DNA from: Candidatus Cloacimonadales bacterium
GTDB taxonomy: Bacteria; Cloacimonadota; Cloacimonadia; Cloacimonadales; JAFGVF01
Reading direction: 5' to 3'
Length of the DNA stretch: 64,000 bases
Assembly: GCA_963667035.1 (NCBI GenBank)
Contig: OY762964.1
Coordinates: 1,952,001-2,016,000, forward strand
How positions within the stretch are numbered: the stretch's first letter is position 1; each line of letters begins with the position of its first letter. Below are positions 53,294 through 64,000 of this stretch, one piece after another. Below the pieces are notes generated by a model that had not been told where the DNA came from, did no database searches, and saw only the letters and a list, made by a program, of their open reading frames with translations. A program made the position numbers and the translations under genes.

Positions 53294-55225
53294 TTAATCG
53301 TCTACAACTTCGAAGTCAGCATCAATAGGTCCATCTTTACCGTCATCCTGTTTAGGGGTATCTTCCTGTTGTGGTTGAGGCCCGTTGGGTTCAGTTTGAG
53401 GATTCTCCTGTTGATATTGCTGATAAAGGATTTCGCCAAGTTTCTGAGCTTTTTCTGCAAGAGTATTCTTAGCAGTTTCATAATCCTCTTTAGATTGTCC
53501 TTTTTCGAGTTTTTCTTTAGCTTCTTTTATAGCTGTTTCGATATTAGTTTTATCGTCACCAGAGAGTTTATCTCCGTTTTCTTTTAAGCTCTTTTCGGTA
53601 GAGAAGATTATTTGATCAAGCTCATTTTTAGCATCAATCATCTCTTTTCTCTTGCTATCTTCGTCAGCATGCATCTCAGCATCTTTTACCATCTTCTCGA
53701 TATCGGATTCTGATAAGCTTCCGCTTCTGTCAATCTTGATTGACTGCTTTTTGTTAGTAGCTTTATCTACGGCTGATACATGAAGAATACCATTAGCGTC
53801 CATATCGAATGTAACTTCAATCTGCGGTACTCCGCGAGGTGCAGGTGGAATTCCGGTAAGCTGGAAGTTTCCAAGAACTTTGTTATCATTAGCCATAGGA
53901 CGTTCACCCTGAAGAACTCTAATGTCAACGGCAGGTTGGTTATCTGCTGCTGTAGAGAATATCTGACTCTTTTTAGTAGGAATTGTTGTATTCCTTGGAA
54001 TAAGAACAGTCATCACCTGTCCCATAGTTTCGATTCCGAGAGATAGAGGAGTAACATCAAGAAGAAGCACATCCTGCATATTCTCGTCACCTGAAAGGAT
54101 GCCACCCTGAATAGCGGCACCAATAGCAACAACTTCGTCAGGGTTCATTGTTCTGTTTGCTTTCTTACCAAAGAAACTTTCTACAGCTTCAGCAACTGCA
54201 GGAACACGTGTTGAGCCACCGACCAAAAGTACTTCATTTACATCTGAATTTGAAAGACCTGCATCCTGCATAGCTTTCTTAACAGGTTGTAAACTACGAT
54301 CGACCAAGTCAGAGATGAGTCGATTGAACTCGGATCTTGTAAGGTCAAGATTCAAGTGTTTAGGACCTGTTGCATCAGCAGTAATGAAAGGCAGGTTAAT
54401 ATTGGTTGTAGTTGTTCCTGAAAGCTCAATCTTAGCTTTCTCGGCAGCTTCTTTAAGACGTTGCATAGCTGTTGCATCGCTAGATAAATCAACTCCTTCC
54501 TGCTCTTTGAACTTCTTGAGAATCCAATCGATAACTTTCTTATCAAAGTCATCTCCGCCAAGGTGGGTGTCTCCATTCGTTGAAAGCACTTCTACAACTC
54601 CTTCGGAGATATCAAGGATAGAGATATCGAATGTACCTCCACCGAGGTCGTATACAGCAACTTTCTGTTCTTTTTTGTTTTCCATACCGTAAGCAAGAGC
54701 AGCGGCAGTAGGTTCATTTATAATTCTCTTAACATCTAAACCTGCAATTTTACCTGCATCTTTAGTAGCTTGTCTTTGAGCATCATTAAAGTAAGCCGGT
54801 ACAGTAATAACAGCTTCAGTAATCTTTTCTCCGAGATATGTTTCAGCAGTTTCTTTCATCTTAGTAAGCACCATTGCTGAAATCTCTTGTGGAGTGTAAT
54901 CTTTATTATCAACATCTATATGAACAGCTGCTTGACTTCTTACACCTGATATAACTTTGTAAGGCACCTGTTCAATCTCATTTGCAACTTCATTGTAATG
55001 GCGTCCCATAAAACGTTTTATGGAGTATACTGTATTTTTTGCATTTGTTACAGCCTGACGTTTTGCAAGCTGACCCACCAGTCTTTCTCCGGCTTTAACA
55101 AATCCAATTACTGATGGTGTTGTACGTGTTCCTTCAACATTTGCAATTACAACAGGCTTTCCACCTTCTACAACAGCAACACATGAGTTAGTTGTTCCAA
55201 GGTCGATTCCGATGATTTTTCCCAT
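53294..55225 (-). CDS. dnaK: Chaperone DnaK
   Basis: [38 protein letters not shown]. Confidence 0.98.
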   Translation of the reverse strand: MGKIIGIDLGTTNSCVAVVEGGKPVVIANVEGTRTTPSVIGFVKAGERLVGQLAKRQAVTNAKNTVYSIKRFMGRHYNEVANEIEQVPYKVISGVRSQAAVHIDVDNKDYTPQEISAMVLTKMKETAETYLGEKITEAVITVPAYFNDAQRQATKDAGKIAGLDVKRIINEPTAAALAYGMENKKEQKVAVYDLGGGTFDISILDISEGVVEVLSTNGDTHLGGDDFDKKVIDWILKKFKEQEGVDLSSDATAMQRLKEAAEKAKIELSGTTTTNINLPFITADATGPKHLNLDLTRSEFNRLISDLVDRSLQPVKKAMQDAGLSNSDVNEVLLVGGSTRVPAVAEAVESFFGKKANRTMNPDEVVAIGAAIQGGILSGDENMQDVLLLDVTPLSLGIETMGQVMTVLIPRNTTIPTKKSQIFSTAADNQPAVDIRVLQGERPMANDNKVLGNFQLTGIPPAPRGVPQIEVTFDMDANGILHVSAVDKATNKKQSIKIDRSGSLSESDIEKMVKDAEMHADEDSKRKEMIDAKNELDQIIFSTEKSLKENGDKLSGDDKTNIETAIKEAKEKLEKGQSKEDYETAKNTLAEKAQKLGEILYQQYQQENPQTEPNGPQPQQEDTPKQDDGKDGPIDADFEVVDD

Positions 55226-55243
55226 CTTAATCCTCCTATTCCT

Positions 55244-55858
55244 TTATTTTTTCTTTTCTTTTTTATTTTCTACCGGCTGAGGTTTAGCTCCGTTTGAGAC
55301 TGCTACTCTTGCCGGTCTGATTAGTTTTCCGTTCAAAGTATATCCGTTCTGGATTACTGCTGCTACAATATTTTCTTCCAGTTCTGAAGGTATATGAGCT
55401 AATGCTTCATGATACTCAGGATTAAACTCTTGGTTTTTAGAATCAACTTTCTTGACTCCTTCTTTAGAAAGAATAGAGTTCAGTTGTTGTTCAATCTGCT
55501 TAACTCCTTTGATGAATGGTTTTTCCAATTCATCTTCTTCAACCTGCTCCCAAGCTCTTTCGAAATTATCCATTACATCGCAGAGAGAGATAACTATCCC
55601 TTCGGTAGCTGTTTTAATCCAATCGCTCTTCTCTTTTTGAGATCTGCGTCTGAAGTTCTCGAATTCAGCCATGTTTCTCATGTAACGATCTTTCCAGACT
55701 GCAACATCCTTCTCAAGGTTTTCCAGCTTCTCTTCCAAAGTCGGTTCCTTCTTATCTTCGACTTCAACTTTTACGTCAGTTCCAACTGTCTCTTCAGCTT
55801 TCTTCTCTATTTCCGGAGCTGTCTTATGCTGTTTTTTGTCAGTTTTCTTCTTAGACAT
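55244..55858 (-). CDS. grpE: Nucleotide exchange factor GrpE
   Basis: AEFENFRRR, DNFERA, FNPEYHEA, GYTLNGKLIRPARVAVS. Confidence 0.96.
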   Translation of the reverse strand: MSKKKTDKKQHKTAPEIEKKAEETVGTDVKVEVEDKKEPTLEEKLENLEKDVAVWKDRYMRNMAEFENFRRRSQKEKSDWIKTATEGIVISLCDVMDNFERAWEQVEEDELEKPFIKGVKQIEQQLNSILSKEGVKKVDSKNQEFNPEYHEALAHIPSELEENIVAAVIQNGYTLNGKLIRPARVAVSNGAKPQPVENKKEKKK

Positions 55859-55876
55859 TAATTTATCTCCAAATTC

Positions 55877-56929
55877 TTATTTATTTATTGAAACTATTCC
55901 CTGTTTAGTAGTCTGAGTAATGGTTTTAGCAAAATCTCTAATCATTGAGATGTTCTTTCTGAAATCATTTCTCACGGGACATACTATTCCTAAGTAACCG
56001 GGGATATCAAAAACCTCATATTTTGCGTAGATCACTGCAAAGTCGTACCATGATCCGTCTCCGAAATCCTCACCCATAAGGATATTGTAATCTCCTCCGG
56101 TTTCATGGTTTCTCATCATCTTGATTAAGATATCCTGTCTCTGTACCAGAGTCATGAAGTTCATTACATTCATCTTTTTATCGAATTCAGGTTGCTCAAG
56201 AAATGATATTTTCCCGTCAAACTGAATGTAATAATCAGTGATTGAAGTAAACGCCTTATGAAGCTCCTGTAAAAACTGCTCTAGCAAGAAGTTTGATTTC
56301 TTCACCATCTCGCTCATTTCACTCAGATAACGATGAGATATATCGAAAATTCGCTCTCCGAGTAAATCTTCTCTAACGAAGTTAACCATCTTTCTTAACT
56401 GGGCTTCATTCACATCATAATCACAGTTTAATATAACAGTCTTATCCAATCCCGAATCTAAGCTAAGTACAAATATCAGCTTTCTGGGGCTCAACTGAAA
56501 GACCTGTAAATCACTCAAATAGTCATTAGAGACTTCAGGTTCAGCCACAAAACTTAACTGATCGGATTCATTAGCAAGAATCTGCTTGATATAATGCAAT
56601 GCTAATTGAGTATCCTTATAATTACGAATAATCAATTGCCTGAGTATGTCCTTCTTCTCATATTCAAGCTCCGCGACCTCACTGCTAATCAAGTCGACGT
56701 ATTTACGGTAACCGTTTATCGTTGGCACTCTTCCTGCAGAAGTATGCGGCTGATGGATAAAGTTATTCTGCTCCAGTTTATTGAGGTCTATACGTAAAGT
56801 AGCAGGACTGACATGCCCCATATACTTCTCGTATAAAACTCTTGAAGACACCGGTTCACGGAATAAAACATATTCATCAATCAGGCTTTTTAAGGTTTCA
56901 TCTAATCTTCTAATATTCTTCTTCATCAT
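55877..56929 (-). CDS. hrcA: Heat-inducible transcription repressor HrcA
   Basis: EPVSSR, VSPATLR, QPHTSAGRVPT..GYRKYVD; first gene of the dnaK operon; start approximate. Confidence 0.93.
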   Translation of the reverse strand: MMKKNIRRLDETLKSLIDEYVLFREPVSSRVLYEKYMGHVSPATLRIDLNKLEQNNFIHQPHTSAGRVPTINGYRKYVDLISSEVAELEYEKKDILRQLIIRNYKDTQLALHYIKQILANESDQLSFVAEPEVSNDYLSDLQVFQLSPRKLIFVLSLDSGLDKTVILNCDYDVNEAQLRKMVNFVREDLLGERIFDISHRYLSEMSEMVKKSNFLLEQFLQELHKAFTSITDYYIQFDGKISFLEQPEFDKKMNVMNFMTLVQRQDILIKMMRNHETGGDYNILMGEDFGDGSWYDFAVIYAKYEVFDIPGYLGIVCPVRNDFRKNISMIRDFAKTITQTTKQGIVSINK

Positions 56930-56937
56930 TACTCCAA

Positions 56938-57021
56938 TCAGCAATCATTATATTCGGTTGCTAATATAGTGACAAAATATGCGACTAACATTTTTTGTCA
57001 AACAAAAAGTGAGACTGCTAA
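56938..57021 (-). promoter_or_regulatory. Two CIRCE-like operators upstream of hrcA
   Basis: TCAGCAATC-N9-GGTTGCTAA (56938-56964; 7/9 in each arm vs TTAGCACTC-N9-GAGTGCTAA) and TTGTCAAAC-N9-GACTGCTAA (56995-57021, overlapping a minus-strand TTGACA). Confidence 0.75.
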
Positions 57022-57177
57022 TTTTTTTATTTCCCTCCCCTATCCAAACTATTAGCTCTACCTGAGACTGCATATTAATGTAATTTCTTATAGGTATTTC
57101 TATTTCTGCAAACTATCTATCAAGACCTTAAATTCCCACTGCTCTCCCACTTTGCAGGCACTGCTAACCCAGTGTTT

Positions 57178-57232
57178 CAGTGCGTGGACAGTGCGTTCAC
57201 AATGGAATCATAGTGCGAACGCAGTGCGTTGG
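57178..57232. repeat. Five tandem imperfect 11-bp units
   Basis: cagtgcgtgga cagtgcgttca caatggaatca tagtgcgaacg cagtgcgttgg. Confidence 0.65.
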
Positions 57233-57512
57233 TAAAATGTGGTAGGTGACTGAGCAGAAACGAACAAGTTATGCATCTAAGTAATTGATAATCACACTGA
57301 GTATGAAATCTTAAACTATATTAAGACTATTATTCCAAACAAGAAAATCTTATAATTCATTTTAGCCAATAAAGACATCAATTATTTTGAGTTCTAAAAA
57401 GAGAAAAGTGCAAAAATCTATCAGCCAAGTAATCCCGGCGTATTAATACAGAGTTGCATTTTTATCTTAGCAATCTTCGTAACTAATTTATTACGAGAAA
57501 ATAATAATATGT

Positions 57513-57541
57513 TTGACATGATTATTTTGTATAAGTATTCT
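57513..57541 (+). promoter_or_regulatory. Sigma70-type promoter
   Basis: TTGACA-N17-TATTCT upstream of GGGAGG and ATG 57585. Confidence 0.6.
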
Positions 57542-57584
57542 TGGCATGCAGTTAACAGTTTAGTCTTAACTAAAGGGAGGAACT

Positions 57585-59108
57585 ATGAAAAGGATAGCTC
57601 TAATTGTTTTACTACTAGCTCTTACTCTCGTTTCTATATTAAATGCCGAGATTGTATACAATATCTCGGAGGTAATTACACTACCTATTCCATATCCTTA
57701 TGACAAAATTATCAGTCAATGCGATGAAGACACTTTACTACACTTCTATTCTTCAATTCAGGAATCGGACAATTACAATTTATACCACTTTACCCTGAAT
57801 AGCAATATGCAGTTTTCAGAAAGAGACCTGATTGTATCTATCGATGCTGTTCAAAACGAAATAGATTCATTTAAGATTATTGACCTGTTTGAAGATACAA
57901 CATTTCACATCCATTATAAGAATAACTATTTAACTAAACTAGTTGTAATAATTAGTAACTATGATGAGCTTTCCAACACTGTTGATATCTCTCAATATGA
58001 GCAGGACTTGGCTGATTGCTATTCCATAACAGCCGGAACTCTGGTTTTGAAGAAAAGTTATCGGGATGAATTTAATTATCGGCATTCTGATTTTTATAAA
58101 CTGGATTTAGCTACATCCGAGCTTAGCTTGTTTCAAACCTATTCTCGTTATGCCGACTTATATCAGTTGGGTAATGAAATTTTAATTGATGACGGAACGG
58201 GCTATATGAAGCACTTTGACACAAATCTTGAGTATATTGATTCTTTAACAATTAGCGACGAAGGCAATTATGATTGGTATACTTGGTTTCATAGTTTTGA
58301 AACATATAGCTATAGAGACGGATACCTGCTATCTCATGACGATGGACTTGTGAAAAGAGATAGAATCTGGACATATCAGACTTACATCGAGTTCGATTGG
58401 GGCGTAATGGAAGCTCAACCTCTATCCAATTATATGGCTAACTTCTTTCATGTAGTTTCTGAAGATAAATTGATCGGAGCAACAGAATTAGGACCATGGG
58501 GACCTGCTTCTCAGCTTTCATATCTGGAATACAACGGTAATACATGGACTCAATCCGAATCAATTGACATTAACTGCTCTTACATGGGTGATTTCTTCCT
58601 TGATAACTATTGTATCATCCCTTGCCGGATTGATAATAGCACGGTATTCAATGTGTTTGACCTTAATTTAAACAATGTTTATACAACGTCTATTCAATCT
58701 AATACCCCGAACTATCTGGGGACAATAACTTTTGATAACAAGCTTATATTCAAATACAGGGACTCCAATACAATCGACTATCATGTGTTTTCTTCCACTG
58801 TTCCTAATGCAAATGATTCAAACCCTCCGATTAAATCGATAACGACCCAATGCTACCCTAATCCCTTTAATCCGGAGACCACTATTGAATTCTTTGTTCC
58901 CGACAAAGGCTTGGTAACGGTAGAGATATTCAATATATTAGGACAAAAAGTGAAATCAATTATTGATACCGAGCTTGAAAAGGGGAAGTATAGTATTAAA
59001 TGGAACGGACAAGACGATAAAGATTTGGCTTTATCCAGTGGAGTATACTTTTACAGAGTCTCCCAAAAGAATGTAAGTGCTACTAACAAGATTGTGATGT
59101 TGAAATAG
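57585..59108 (+). CDS. Secreted protein with FlgD-Ig/T9SS-type C-terminal domain (paralog 1)
   Basis: Signal peptide; CYPNPFNPETTI..SSGVYFY..KIVMLK. Confidence 0.8.
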   Translation: MKRIALIVLLLALTLVSILNAEIVYNISEVITLPIPYPYDKIISQCDEDTLLHFYSSIQESDNYNLYHFTLNSNMQFSERDLIVSIDAVQNEIDSFKIIDLFEDTTFHIHYKNNYLTKLVVIISNYDELSNTVDISQYEQDLADCYSITAGTLVLKKSYRDEFNYRHSDFYKLDLATSELSLFQTYSRYADLYQLGNEILIDDGTGYMKHFDTNLEYIDSLTISDEGNYDWYTWFHSFETYSYRDGYLLSHDDGLVKRDRIWTYQTYIEFDWGVMEAQPLSNYMANFFHVVSEDKLIGATELGPWGPASQLSYLEYNGNTWTQSESIDINCSYMGDFFLDNYCIIPCRIDNSTVFNVFDLNLNNVYTTSIQSNTPNYLGTITFDNKLIFKYRDSNTIDYHVFSSTVPNANDSNPPIKSITTQCYPNPFNPETTIEFFVPDKGLVTVEIFNILGQKVKSIIDTELEKGKYSIKWNGQDDKDLALSSGVYFYRVSQKNVSATNKIVMLK

Positions 59109-59277
59109 GTTTTTCGGAAAGATATAGATTTTTCACTGCCGAGAGTTATGTTTGTTGAAAGCAACCATGAATATTAAATTAACTCATACTTTACAAACTC
59201 TCGGCAGTTTGTAATTGACATAATCAGCAGGTTTTAGGAAATGAATCAGAATTAATAAACATGCTGAGGAGTGAAAG

Positions 59278-60489
59278 ATGAAAATCCTTGTATTGAACTG
59301 TGGAAGTTCTTCAATTAAATACCAGTTTATCAATATGGAAACTGAGGAAGTACTTGTAGAAGGTTCAGCTGAAAGAATAGCAGAACCTATTGCAAGATTT
59401 ACCTATAAAAGTGAAAAATATACAGTAAAGAAACAGGAAATGGTTCTTAAGAATCATGAAGACGGTCTCAAGCACATCATTGATGCTTTGATGGACAAAG
59501 AAAACGGCGTTATTAGTGATGCCTCTGAAATCAGTGCAGTTGGACACAGATTGGTTCATGGTGGAGAGCATTACTCTGATACTGTTGTAGTAGACGATCA
59601 TGTTATTGAAGTGATGACAGATTGTATTCCTCTTGCTCCTCTACACAATCCTGCTAACATTAAAGGTGTTGAATCGGTTACTAAAGAATTACCCGGTGTT
59701 CCTCAAGCAGGTGTTTTTGATACAGCTTTCCATCAGACAATGGCTAAGAGAGCATATTTATATCCACTTCCTTTGGAGTATTATAAAGAGAATAAGATTA
59801 GACGTTACGGGTTCCACGGAACTTCTCATAAGTATGTAAGCCAAATTGCTGCCGAGTATGTTGGCAAAGATATAAAAGATCTTAAGATTATCACTGCTCA
59901 CATAGGTAACGGTGCTTCAATAACTGCTATTGACGGTGGACATTCAGTAGATACTTCTATGGGATTTACTCCTCTTGAAGGTCTCATGATGGGAACTCGT
60001 TGTGGCGACATTGATCCTTCAATCCCGATATTTATGCAAAAGACTCTCGGACTCTCTGTTGATGAGACAAATAATGTTCTCAATAAAAAGAGCGGTATGT
60101 TAGGTTTATCAGCTATATCTAATGATATGCTTGATATTGAAAACAAGATTCTTAAAGAAAAAAATGAAGACGCTATTACTGCTCATGATGTTTATGCTTA
60201 CAGAATCAAGAAATATATCGGTGCTTATGCTGCAGCTATGAATGGACTTGATATACTTATTTTCACCGGTGGAGTCGGCGAAAATATGCCAATATTGCGT
60301 GAGTTGGTATGTCGTGATATGGATTATCTCGGAATTGAGATTGATAAGAAAGAAAATGACCAATTCAAAGGTGGAATCATTGATCTTACAGGAGAGAATT
60401 CTAAAGTAAAAATCCTTAAAGTACAAACTAATGAAGAATTAGCAATCGCTCTTGAAACAAAGCGAATCCTTTTCGACGAAAAGAAATAG
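59278..60489 (+). CDS. ackA: Acetate kinase
   Basis: VLNCGSSSIKY, GHRLVHGG, LAPLHNP, VFDTAFHQT, RYGFHGTSH, DTSMGFTPLEG, TNEE. Confidence 0.97.
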   Translation: MKILVLNCGSSSIKYQFINMETEEVLVEGSAERIAEPIARFTYKSEKYTVKKQEMVLKNHEDGLKHIIDALMDKENGVISDASEISAVGHRLVHGGEHYSDTVVVDDHVIEVMTDCIPLAPLHNPANIKGVESVTKELPGVPQAGVFDTAFHQTMAKRAYLYPLPLEYYKENKIRRYGFHGTSHKYVSQIAAEYVGKDIKDLKIITAHIGNGASITAIDGGHSVDTSMGFTPLEGLMMGTRCGDIDPSIPIFMQKTLGLSVDETNNVLNKKSGMLGLSAISNDMLDIENKILKEKNEDAITAHDVYAYRIKKYIGAYAAAMNGLDILIFTGGVGENMPILRELVCRDMDYLGIEIDKKENDQFKGGIIDLTGENSKVKILKVQTNEELAIALETKRILFDEKK

Positions 60490-60679
60490 ATAATATATAT
60501 ATCGTTTGAGGCAGAGTTTTATGACTTTGCCTCTTTTTATTAGTCTTTACACTACTTATATTAATATCTATTACTACGGTCATACGTTATTAAATCTATT
60601 TAATATTGATAAGTTCATTGACATCTATTTATTTTTATCAATTAATTGATTTGGATAGATTGATAGGGAGGATGGATTT

Positions 60680-62215
60680 ATGAAAAAGTTTTTCTTCGTA
60701 GTGTCTTTATTTACAGTTTTAGTGATGTCACAACTACAATCTGAGACTCAATATAGTATTTCGGAGCCGACAAGTCTTAATTTACCATATCCTTATAATT
60801 ATATTGTTTATGATAAAGAGTTAGATACCGAGGTACATTTCTACCAAACTGAAACAACAGCAGATGAATATGTTTTATACCATTTTTCGATGAATGATAG
60901 TTTACAGTTCTCAGAAAGAACAATGATTGCATCATATCCGGTTCCTGTGTATGAGCCCTATGAAGTACCATTAATTAGAATGGATAACACAAACAGTTTC
61001 CACTTTTATGTAGAAGATGCTAATCATGATGTTAAGTATATAACCAAAATCGATAACTATAGACAGGGAACTTCAACATTAGATGTATCAACTCTGCAAA
61101 CGGAGTTTAATCATTATACTTCAGTTTGTGACTCTCTTCTACTTTTGCAAAAGAGATATCCCGCGGAGGAATGGGAAGATCGATATTCAGAGTTTTACAA
61201 ATTCAATCTTGAGACAATGGAATTAACTCTTTTTAAAGCTGATTGCTATTACTATGAATGGTATTTCAGAATTGGGACTGAATGGTTATTCCAAAGCCAC
61301 TACACAGATATGAGTTATCACTATGATAACTCCCTAACCTTTGTCGATTCACTACAAATAGATGAGACATATTTCCCAAACGATTTGTGGGTTGATAATC
61401 TCTACTCTAGCTGGTCAGATAGCTTTGGTAATGGGTTCTTGTACGCTTATGATGATGGAGTCCTTCCTATGCGATACAATCATGTTACTTATTTTGAGTT
61501 CAGACCGGGTCAGTTGTTGATTGAGGATGTTGGCTGGTATCATCCACAGTCAATTAAAAAAGTTTCTAATAATCGAGTTATTGGTGCTAGCGAATCCTAT
61601 GACATGGGACCTCTTGATGTGCTGGGATATACTGAGTTGAATGAAACAGGTTGGCATGGGTTTGGACCAGTATCCTTTGATTACGAATTTAGAGGAAGTT
61701 TTTCTTCTCAAGGTCATTACATAGTGTTTGGCAATAACGGTGCATCTAACATGTTAACTGTCTATGATAAAGATTTAAATGCTGTTTATCAGGTTGAGCC
61801 ATTCAATATAGAAAATGCAAACTATCCAATGGATACTTACTTCAATATGTTGATATTCAGAGGAAACACACCAAATTCCCTTATCTACTCTGATTTTGAA
61901 ATGACAATGCCCAACAGCGATGATGTAAATCCGGCAGTTAAGAGCATTACTACCTCCAACTACCCCAATCCCTTCAATCCAACAACTACAATTGAGTATT
62001 CTGTTCCTGAGAAAGGTAACGTGAGTATTGAAATATATAACATATTAGGGCAAAGAGTTAATGCATTAACAAATTCAGAGCATTCAAAAGGCACACATGC
62101 TATCCAATGGGATGGGAAAGACAAAAACAATAAAACACTCCCAAGTGGGATATACTTCTATAGAGTCTCACAGAAAGGGAAGAGTGTTAATAAGAAGATT
62201 GTAATGATGAAATAG
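60680..62215 (+). CDS. Secreted protein with FlgD-Ig/T9SS-type C-terminal domain (paralog 2)
   Basis: Signal peptide; NYPNPFNPTTTI..PSGIYFY..KIVMMK. Confidence 0.8.
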   Translation: MKKFFFVVSLFTVLVMSQLQSETQYSISEPTSLNLPYPYNYIVYDKELDTEVHFYQTETTADEYVLYHFSMNDSLQFSERTMIASYPVPVYEPYEVPLIRMDNTNSFHFYVEDANHDVKYITKIDNYRQGTSTLDVSTLQTEFNHYTSVCDSLLLLQKRYPAEEWEDRYSEFYKFNLETMELTLFKADCYYYEWYFRIGTEWLFQSHYTDMSYHYDNSLTFVDSLQIDETYFPNDLWVDNLYSSWSDSFGNGFLYAYDDGVLPMRYNHVTYFEFRPGQLLIEDVGWYHPQSIKKVSNNRVIGASESYDMGPLDVLGYTELNETGWHGFGPVSFDYEFRGSFSSQGHYIVFGNNGASNMLTVYDKDLNAVYQVEPFNIENANYPMDTYFNMLIFRGNTPNSLIYSDFEMTMPNSDDVNPAVKSITTSNYPNPFNPTTTIEYSVPEKGNVSIEIYNILGQRVNALTNSEHSKGTHAIQWDGKDKNNKTLPSGIYFYRVSQKGKSVNKKIVMMK

Positions 62216-62224
62216 GGAGATATA

Positions 62225-63760
62225 ATGAAAAAACTAATTTTTATAGCTATTGTTCTGATTACCATGACAGTATGTTTACATGCACAAGATCTTGAGTTTG
62301 AATATACTGATTTTACTAATCTTGATATACCATATCCATTCTCAACTGTAATGTATGAATGCGATAGTGACACGCTATTACATTTCTATAGTGTTGAACT
62401 TAACTACGATAGTAGCTTATATGTAAAGCATTTTACTTTAAATTCTCATTTTGAATTTTCGGAAATTACAACAATTGTTAGTAGTGATATATCTTCAACC
62501 GGAATTACTGTTGTTAGCTTTCATAAGATGATTGATTCAGATACATTTTTCATCAAATGCTATGATGACACTAGAAGTGTAGAGAAACTTATAAGAATTT
62601 CAAATTTTGATACAGAAACTGCATGCGTTGATATAACCAACTGGGATTCATCATTATCACTTATTGATCCAATATCTGATAACACGTTAGCAGTTTTAAA
62701 AAGATACAATGACCTTCCTTGGGAAGATAGATACACCGAATACTATAGTTATAACATATCATCTCAGAACTTTACTCTTGTTAAATCCAATCAGAATAGT
62801 ACTTCATATTTGTTCATTTTAGGCAATGAAGCTCTTATTTTTGAAGAAAATATAAATTCTGAGTATAATGCTCTGCATTATGATAGTGAATTCTGTTTTA
62901 CTGATACACTTCTGAATAACTCAGGATACATTCCTGAGAGAATATATAGTGTCAGTAAACTCTCGAATGGATACCTTGTAAGCTCCTATAGAGGTCTTAA
63001 AGAAAATCCAAATAAAGTTTGTTCACAATGGCTAATAGATTCGGAAAAGATTGACCATAAGACTATTGGCATGTATTATAGGTACTCGGTTATTTCCGAT
63101 TCATCTATAGTTGGTTTTTACAGAACAAACAGCTTGTATGATGATATGGAAGAATACTCTCTACGATACTCTGAATGCATAAACGGAGAATGGAATGCAT
63201 CGGAATTAATTCCTACAACTCTATACTCTGTAACAAGTCTCAATTATAAAAACTACATTGTTATGCCATACTTTACGAATGAAGTTGTTAATATCATGGT
63301 GTTTAACAAACATTTAGAGTTATTGGATCAAAAGGATCTTAACTACTCTGGAAGGTTTGCAGAAAGTCGAGGATATATTCTCTTTGATAAAATATTCTTT
63401 ATAGATAACAAATACAATAATGAACTAATGTATGCTTCATTTGATGTAGTAGTTCCCAACACCGAAAATGTAAGTCCGGAATTGAAAAGTATCGCGACAT
63501 CAAACTACCCAAACCCATTCAACCCAATAACAACTATAGAATATTCTGTTCCTCAGGATGGCAATGTGAGTATTGATATTTACAATATCTTAGGACAAAA
63601 AGTAAATACCTTAGTTAATTCTGTGCATTCAAAGGGTATGTACAGCATCCAATGGGATGGGAAAGATAATAACAATAAAGAACTCCCTAGTGGGATATAC
63701 TTCTATAGGATTTCACAGAATGGGAAGAGTGTTACTAAGAAAATTGTAATGATGAAATAG
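62225..63760 (+). CDS. Secreted protein with FlgD-Ig/T9SS-type C-terminal domain (paralog 3)
   Basis: Signal peptide; NYPNPFNPITTI..PSGIYFY..KIVMMK. Confidence 0.8.
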   Translation: MKKLIFIAIVLITMTVCLHAQDLEFEYTDFTNLDIPYPFSTVMYECDSDTLLHFYSVELNYDSSLYVKHFTLNSHFEFSEITTIVSSDISSTGITVVSFHKMIDSDTFFIKCYDDTRSVEKLIRISNFDTETACVDITNWDSSLSLIDPISDNTLAVLKRYNDLPWEDRYTEYYSYNISSQNFTLVKSNQNSTSYLFILGNEALIFEENINSEYNALHYDSEFCFTDTLLNNSGYIPERIYSVSKLSNGYLVSSYRGLKENPNKVCSQWLIDSEKIDHKTIGMYYRYSVISDSSIVGFYRTNSLYDDMEEYSLRYSECINGEWNASELIPTTLYSVTSLNYKNYIVMPYFTNEVVNIMVFNKHLELLDQKDLNYSGRFAESRGYILFDKIFFIDNKYNNELMYASFDVVVPNTENVSPELKSIATSNYPNPFNPITTIEYSVPQDGNVSIDIYNILGQKVNTLVNSVHSKGMYSIQWDGKDNNNKELPSGIYFYRISQNGKSVTKKIVMMK

Positions 63761-63807
63761 GAATTTATTGCTTTCGCATTGACGCAGTCAATGCACTCCA
63801 AATTTAC

Positions 63808-63835
63808 GAAAGGGCTCAGAAATGAGCCCTTTTTT
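63808..63835. terminator. Terminator between convergent genes
   Basis: AAGGGCTCA-GAAA-TGAGCCCTT followed by a T-run. Confidence 0.75.
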
Positions 63836-63852
63836 ATTTTATTAATTATTCT

Positions 63853-64000
63853 TTAGTGAAGTGGATGGATAAAGAGACCGGAACGAAGTTTAGGTTCAAA
63901 CCAAGTAGATTTAGGAGGCATTATTTTGCCTGCATCTGCAATATCCATAAGTTCTTGCATAGAAGTTGGGAACATAGAGAAAGCGACTTTTTCTCCATTG
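63853..64000 (-). CDS. DUF1015-family protein, C-terminal fragment
   Basis: Manual translation: ..LMDIADAGKIMPPKSTWFEPKLRSGLFIHPLH*. Confidence 0.8.
   Translation of the reverse strand, partial: NGEKVAFSMFPTSMQELMDIADAGKIMPPKSTWFEPKLRSGLFIHPLH

Noticed and set aside
52184..56969. Opposite-strand ORFs within the chaperone operon (and similar ones across the window)
   Set aside because: Antisense shadows of well-supported conserved genes, with no recognisable motifs

Overview
AT-rich bacterial chromosomal window from an anaerobe. Gene content (several secreted proteins ending in an NxPNPFNP..SG[VI]YFY..K[IMA][VI][LM][LM]K FlgD-Ig-like tail, a gingipain-like C25 protein, a Na+-pumping methylmalonyl-CoA decarboxylase, acetate kinase) suggests Cloacimonadota; this is inference, testable with the 16S gene in the window. 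In order: a CHASE2/FecR/outer-membrane module; ddl; a three-gene StnABC-like bifurcating transhydrogenase; gdhA; a cluster of structured REP-like repeats; a minimal type VI-B-like CRISPR locus; a 2-deoxy/amino-sugar operon; an rRNA operon (minus strand) with tRNA-Ile and tRNA-Ala; tail-to-tail IS3 and IS481-like elements; a C25 protease homolog; glmS; an XRE-S24 repressor facing away from a pentapeptide-repeat gene; an IS1182 with a 32-bp target duplication; the mmd/oad operon; udg, a probable divergent rpoZ, gmk, gcvH, rsmE; hrcA-grpE-dnaK-dnaJ with CIRCE; and three paralogous secreted proteins around ackA. The standout is the CRISPR locus: a ~1033-aa two-HEPN Cas13b-like effector followed by a 36-nt GTTAC...GTAAC repeat array, with no cas1/cas2/csx27/csx28 in the window, in a host that does not look like Bacteroidota. 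All calls were made by eye; no searches were run.
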